Source: the human T2T-CHM13v2.0 reference genome, Homo sapiens
NCBI RefSeq assembly: GCF_009914755.1
Contig: NC_060928.1
Length of the DNA: 64,000 nt
Reading direction: 5' to 3' (one strand)
The notes beneath the pieces are model-generated. The model was not told the origin of the DNA, did no database searches, and saw nothing but the letters and a program-made list of their open reading frames with translations. Both the position numbers and the translations under genes were made by a program. Numbering within the stretch: position 1 is the first letter of the stretch; each line of letters begins with the position of its first letter. This document shows, piece after piece, positions 59,252 through 64,000 of the stretch.

Positions 59252-59787
59252 TGTGGTAGGTAACCTCCATGGTGGTCCCCAGTGATTCTTCCTTCATGGT
59301 ATCCACACTTGCTTAGCCCTCTTCCTCTTTGAATAGAGCTGACCTGTGTAACCAGTAAAATGTCATGGAAATAATTGTGTTAATTCTAATCTGGCGAAGT
59401 CAGAATGGACGTTAAAGCTTCCATTTTTCTCCTGCTTGGATCAATCACTCTTGTGGAAGCCAGCCATATAGCAAGGCCACTCAGCCCTAAGGAGAAACTG
59501 ACATGGCAAGAAGGCCCCCACCAGCAACAACTATGAACTTAACCAGCATGTGTAAACTCCAAGGAGTTGGAAACAGATTCCCCAGCCCCAGCCAAGCCTT
59601 CAGATGACTGCAGCCCTGGCTGACATCTTGACTGTAATCTTATGATAAACACTGAAACAGAATATGAGCCAAGATACCTAGTTAAGCTATCCCTATAATT
59701 CTGACCCCATAGAAACCGTGTAATATTATAAATGTTTATTGTTTTAAACTGCTAAGTTGTGGAGTAAATTTTTTGCACCAATAGATG
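59252..59787 (+). mobile_element. MaLR solo LTR (MLT1F-like)
   Basis: tgtggtagg...ccaagccttcagatgactgcagccctggctgacatcttgactg...aatgtttattgttttaaactgctaagtt. Confidence 0.9.
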
Positions 59788-62700
59788 TAGGGAGTTGTTT
59801 CTTAGACAGCTGATCCTTCATCCAAGGATGTAAGGAAACAAGACAGACATCTACATGACTTTTGACCGTATTCATTCCATACAGTCAAGATATGTGGACC
59901 AGTGAACTTTAAAATCTCACTATTCACATTGCTGCAATAAGTCAGCCCTCTCATGAAGACCTTAGGTATGAAGTTTGCTAGTATATTCTAAGAGAAATCT
60001 CTTATAGAAGCATGAGAACAACTTCCTAAACATCAGTGACCGGTTATAGAACATAAGACAGAGCAATGAGTCTAAGATGACTTTGGATAAAGCCTACACT
60101 GAGACAGAGATGGGCTTTGCAATGGAGCTTCTGTTGAGTTTCCTTTTTCATATTCAAGCAAAGAATGTGGAAGAAGTGTAGTGGACATTTCAGGAACTTT
60201 GGATTATAAGCTTATTATCATTTTGACTTCTGCTCATGTATTTGCTTTAATCATATTTTATATTTCTAACCAGAGTATCAGTTACAGACATATTATTTTC
60301 ATTAATTTACTCAAAACATTTAATTTAATGTTAGAAATGCTTGAGAAACATTGTCACAATTTTGCTTCCTCTTACTATAACAGATATTTGCTTTAATTAG
60401 TTTTTACTTTGATTGTACAAACTTAGTGCCAAAAGCACATAGCAGTTGATATGTCATTGGAATAGAATGTAAATTCTAGTAATAAAAATAATAAAAGAAT
60501 TTAAAAATCACATCATAGACATTTCAAGTGAAGTTATTATAAACCAAGGACTTCAATAGCAACCATTCCTGGAGCCCCTGTGTTAGATTTTTTTCCTTTA
60601 AACTAGCATCATTTAATTCTCTGAAAGAAAATTTAATTTTGGGTTTCTGTTACAATGATAATCTAGAAAATTAAGACATGCATACATTGAATCATATAGC
60701 TGACCATGTTAACCTGAGTGTGGCCGCTCAAGTTCAATTCCCATGTTTGTACGTGTCTACAGTCCCATTGACACTAACTGAAGGCCAAATAATGTTGCAG
60801 TTTGCCATATAAATTTTTAAAAATAACAATATTTTGAACGTAGAAAAGTGATGAGAGGATTAGATAATTGTAGGATAATTATTATTACTTATAGCATTAT
60901 TATTATTAAATAATTATAATTGTAGAGAGAAAAATTGACAAGTCAAATTTTAAAAAATAAACAATAACCCTATATTGTGGCTTTAGGTGCCATATTTGAG
61001 CTCTAAACTGGCATATGGGGAAGACCCTGTTTGCTGAATTTGCAAACATTCATTTGCAGTAAGGATAGTGGTAAATGAAGTGTGAAAAACGTTTCCATTT
61101 AGGTTACAGAAATAATTGATTTAGATATCCATTTAATGTTGATTTCAGTAACACTCAATTTCACCCCAACCTCAAGTAAACAATATAGTTGAACAGAGCT
61201 ATCAAGAACTACCTTGTTAAAATGACATGTAGAATAATATTGAGTCTTTACATTTCCCTTTATGACTGTTCTTTTCATTTATAAATGACTAATAGAATAA
61301 CCATCATTTTATACAGGAAATAATGTGCCTATAGAACTAGGTTTTTTAGAGGATTGAGTAGTGGTATGCCAAACACAGTAGAAAATGTTATGAAATATAC
61401 TTTTTTATTTGTTAAGTCATGTAAGTTATTTGCCATATGTAAACTTTCAGATTAATAAATTTTTTAACTTAGTCATTCTAATTTTTTCCTTGTATCTTAA
61501 GCCTTCCTCTTTTTTTGCCTCAAAATCACAGTGTACTGGTGTAAATTCTCTAGGCATAGACTTAATAATCACAGAAAAGGTACATACATAATGTAATATG
61601 TTTGTTTAGGGCTCAATATGTCATTTCAGTTTTTGTGTTTCTCCTCACACCTATACTGGTACTGAAAGGATGCAACAGAGTCATCAGCAAATATACAACT
61701 TCATATCAACTAAAGGTACTTTACACAAGAGAAGAGACTCCAAGGCAACAGATTTCCTATAGCAGTCTTTTCCTAAGAGTACTAAGGTAATTAGCCTCAA
61801 CAGGAGATAATTTCGGTTCACAGGGGTTGCTGTTGTTTTAAGTGTTTCTGGGAAAATTGGATTTTCCATTGATAGCCGTTTTAACATGTCACACTGGAGC
61901 CAGAGTGAATTAAACTGAAGAGCTACACAGTCTAAACAAACATTCCTTCCCATTATCAGAAGCCTGACAACATAATAGCATAAACTATAGTCATGTGGTC
62001 ACATTCACAAGTAATGCAGAAACAATTAAAAATCAAAGAAATGCTACATTTTGTAAAGCAGACTTAGTTGAGGTAAGCATGTTTAAAATTATTACTTTTC
62101 CTTCCTCCCCTACAAGTTTTATATTGTGCTTTAAAGTTGAAAAAAAAAATAGCAATGTTTGTTTGAATCACGATTAGTGATTAGAAAATCCAAATCTCTC
62201 TAGCCTGTGTTTTGTAATACCAAAGTAGACCGTGGTACCATTGCAACATAATTCAAGTATTTAAACTTTGAAAACACTAGCTGATTTGACATGCTTATTT
62301 TTTAATATTTTTCTGTTTTACAAAAATTGCACAAATTACTGAAATAAATTTGGAGCTGTAATTCCACTATGTGTTACCTTTCCTCAAAGACGTTAATCAA
62401 ATTTGGTTATATTTACACATGTAATGGATGATATAGTTTACATGTCAAAAGTAGGGTGCATTTATAGATAATTTTTCTTAATTTCATAACTAAGAGATTT
62501 TTAAAAACTCATAAAAATTGATAGAATTACACTTCAGTGGGCTCTGAAATGAAAACATTTTGTCAATAATTTTGAAATTATAATATTACTTTCCTACATT
62601 TAGATGACTTGTGAAGATAATAAAAAATTATCAAAATGCTTTTGGCTACAGAATGTTAGTGTCATAAAATAGTAACAGATTTTTAACTGTTATTCAAGGA

Positions 62701-63349
62701 AGGTTGTACTAATTATATTTCAGAAAATCGTTGAGACTTAGACTTTCTCTCTGCATGCGTGTGTACATGAGAGAAAGAACTTGCCTTCACGTGCTTTGAG
62801 CTTGGTAACCGCATATCTAACACTTTCCAAGACCCACATTGTCAAGTACTCCATTCGCATAGGTAGATTCAAATTTACTGAACCTTGTTGTTTTTATTCA
62901 GAAAAGGAAATAAATCAACTATCATGATATTAAAACATCTTCAAGTGAGGCTTTGTTATTTCTTCTGTATCAGTTCTCTAAGTAGTGGTGTGGAGAACTC
63001 ACTTTACTCTTAACTTCATCTTGACTTGATGTCTCTTTTCAACAACTGAATATTCTTCTGAATTCAGGGATCGAGATCGAGTGGTAAGTGAGCAGGGAAT
63101 ACCAAGATGCACCAAAATTAATAGTGGTAGGAATTCAATTCCACTTAATTTAAAAATACCTATTGTAAAAATTGCTAGGCATTCTAAAGGATATAATAAT
63201 TGCAAATAGTCACTCAATCCTTAGGGAACATACAAGAAGTGAGGAGATAAACTATAGAAATAATCTACACAAGGTACAGTGTGAAAATACTTTTTAAAAA
63301 AGTGCTGGGAGAACAATAAAAAAGATAAGTTCTGAAAGTATCCTCAGAC

Positions 63350-63528
63350 CAGTGATTCCCAGGCCAGGCCACACATGAGAAACAGCTAGGAAAATCTTTA
63401 TAAAAATTGAAATTAGTACTTTCCTGGACCCACCGGTTAAGCACTTTTGGGGGGTAAAAACTGAGCATATATATTTTTTAAAACCTCTCCTGATAATTTT
63501 GAAGTACAATCAGATTTGAAAACACTAG
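63350..63528. mobile_element. MER5-type hAT-Charlie element
   Basis: cagtgattcccagg...gcatatatatttttaaaacctctcctgataattttga...tttgaaaacactag. Confidence 0.65.
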
Positions 63529-64000
63529 TCCACACTATCTAAGCATAAGCTAGTTACAAAATCTTATGTAAATATATCCGTAGCTCTCTTAATTATTTTC
63601 TAAATGGGGCTCCCTCATATGGAACTGACCCTTCCAAACTTAACTTCCACTTGCAAAATTCAAAACATCCTCCAAGTAGTTCCACCCAGCTTCAATACTT
63701 TGTTTCCTCAGACCACATTCAGATTTTAATACAAACATCAAATATTTGTTGACATATATTTCCTTTTTTGCATACATTCTTAGTGATCTATTCACATGAC
63801 TTATCTTGACTACACCATGATTTCAGGTAGTGGATTGTACAAATTTTTTCTTGTAGTTAGAAAATGTATATATATGCATCCATGCATGCAAACACATCCA
63901 TGTATGCTGTATATACATTTTGCACGTCTTCCCACATCAGCCTAGGCTTGTGTTTGGTCTATTGTAGTGTTGAGTATCTTATTGACAAAAAAACATTAAG

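Overview
AT-rich, CpG-depleted primate (human-like) genomic DNA, either intronic or intergenic. It carries Alu (FAM, AluJ, AluS, AluY), L1, L2, MIR, MaLR LTR and DNA-transposon relics. I found no protein-coding exon I can support and cannot name the locus. Nearly all ORFs in the track are repeat-derived or chance ORFs. The dominant structure is a 13-kb nest at 42.9-56.0 kb. An old, apparently full-length L1MA-type element keeps its 5' end and a recognisable target-site duplication (TSD). It contains a Tigger2 DNA transposon, which contains a full-length but inactive L1PA5-like LINE-1, and it also carries two Alus. The L1PA retains an open, extended antisense ORF0 and the 129-bp ZNF93-target segment. 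The most unusual non-TE feature is a 1.18-kb inverted repeat at 39045-40227, with ~520-bp arms (~92% identical by hand alignment) and a microsatellite spacer. Its arms do not resemble any repeat family I recognise. Smaller oddities are a MIR-derived fold-back hairpin, a trimeric Alu, templated micro-rearrangements, motif-dense enhancer-like islands and candidate non-coding exons. Subfamily calls are from memory of consensus sequences, and boundaries of old repeats are approximate.
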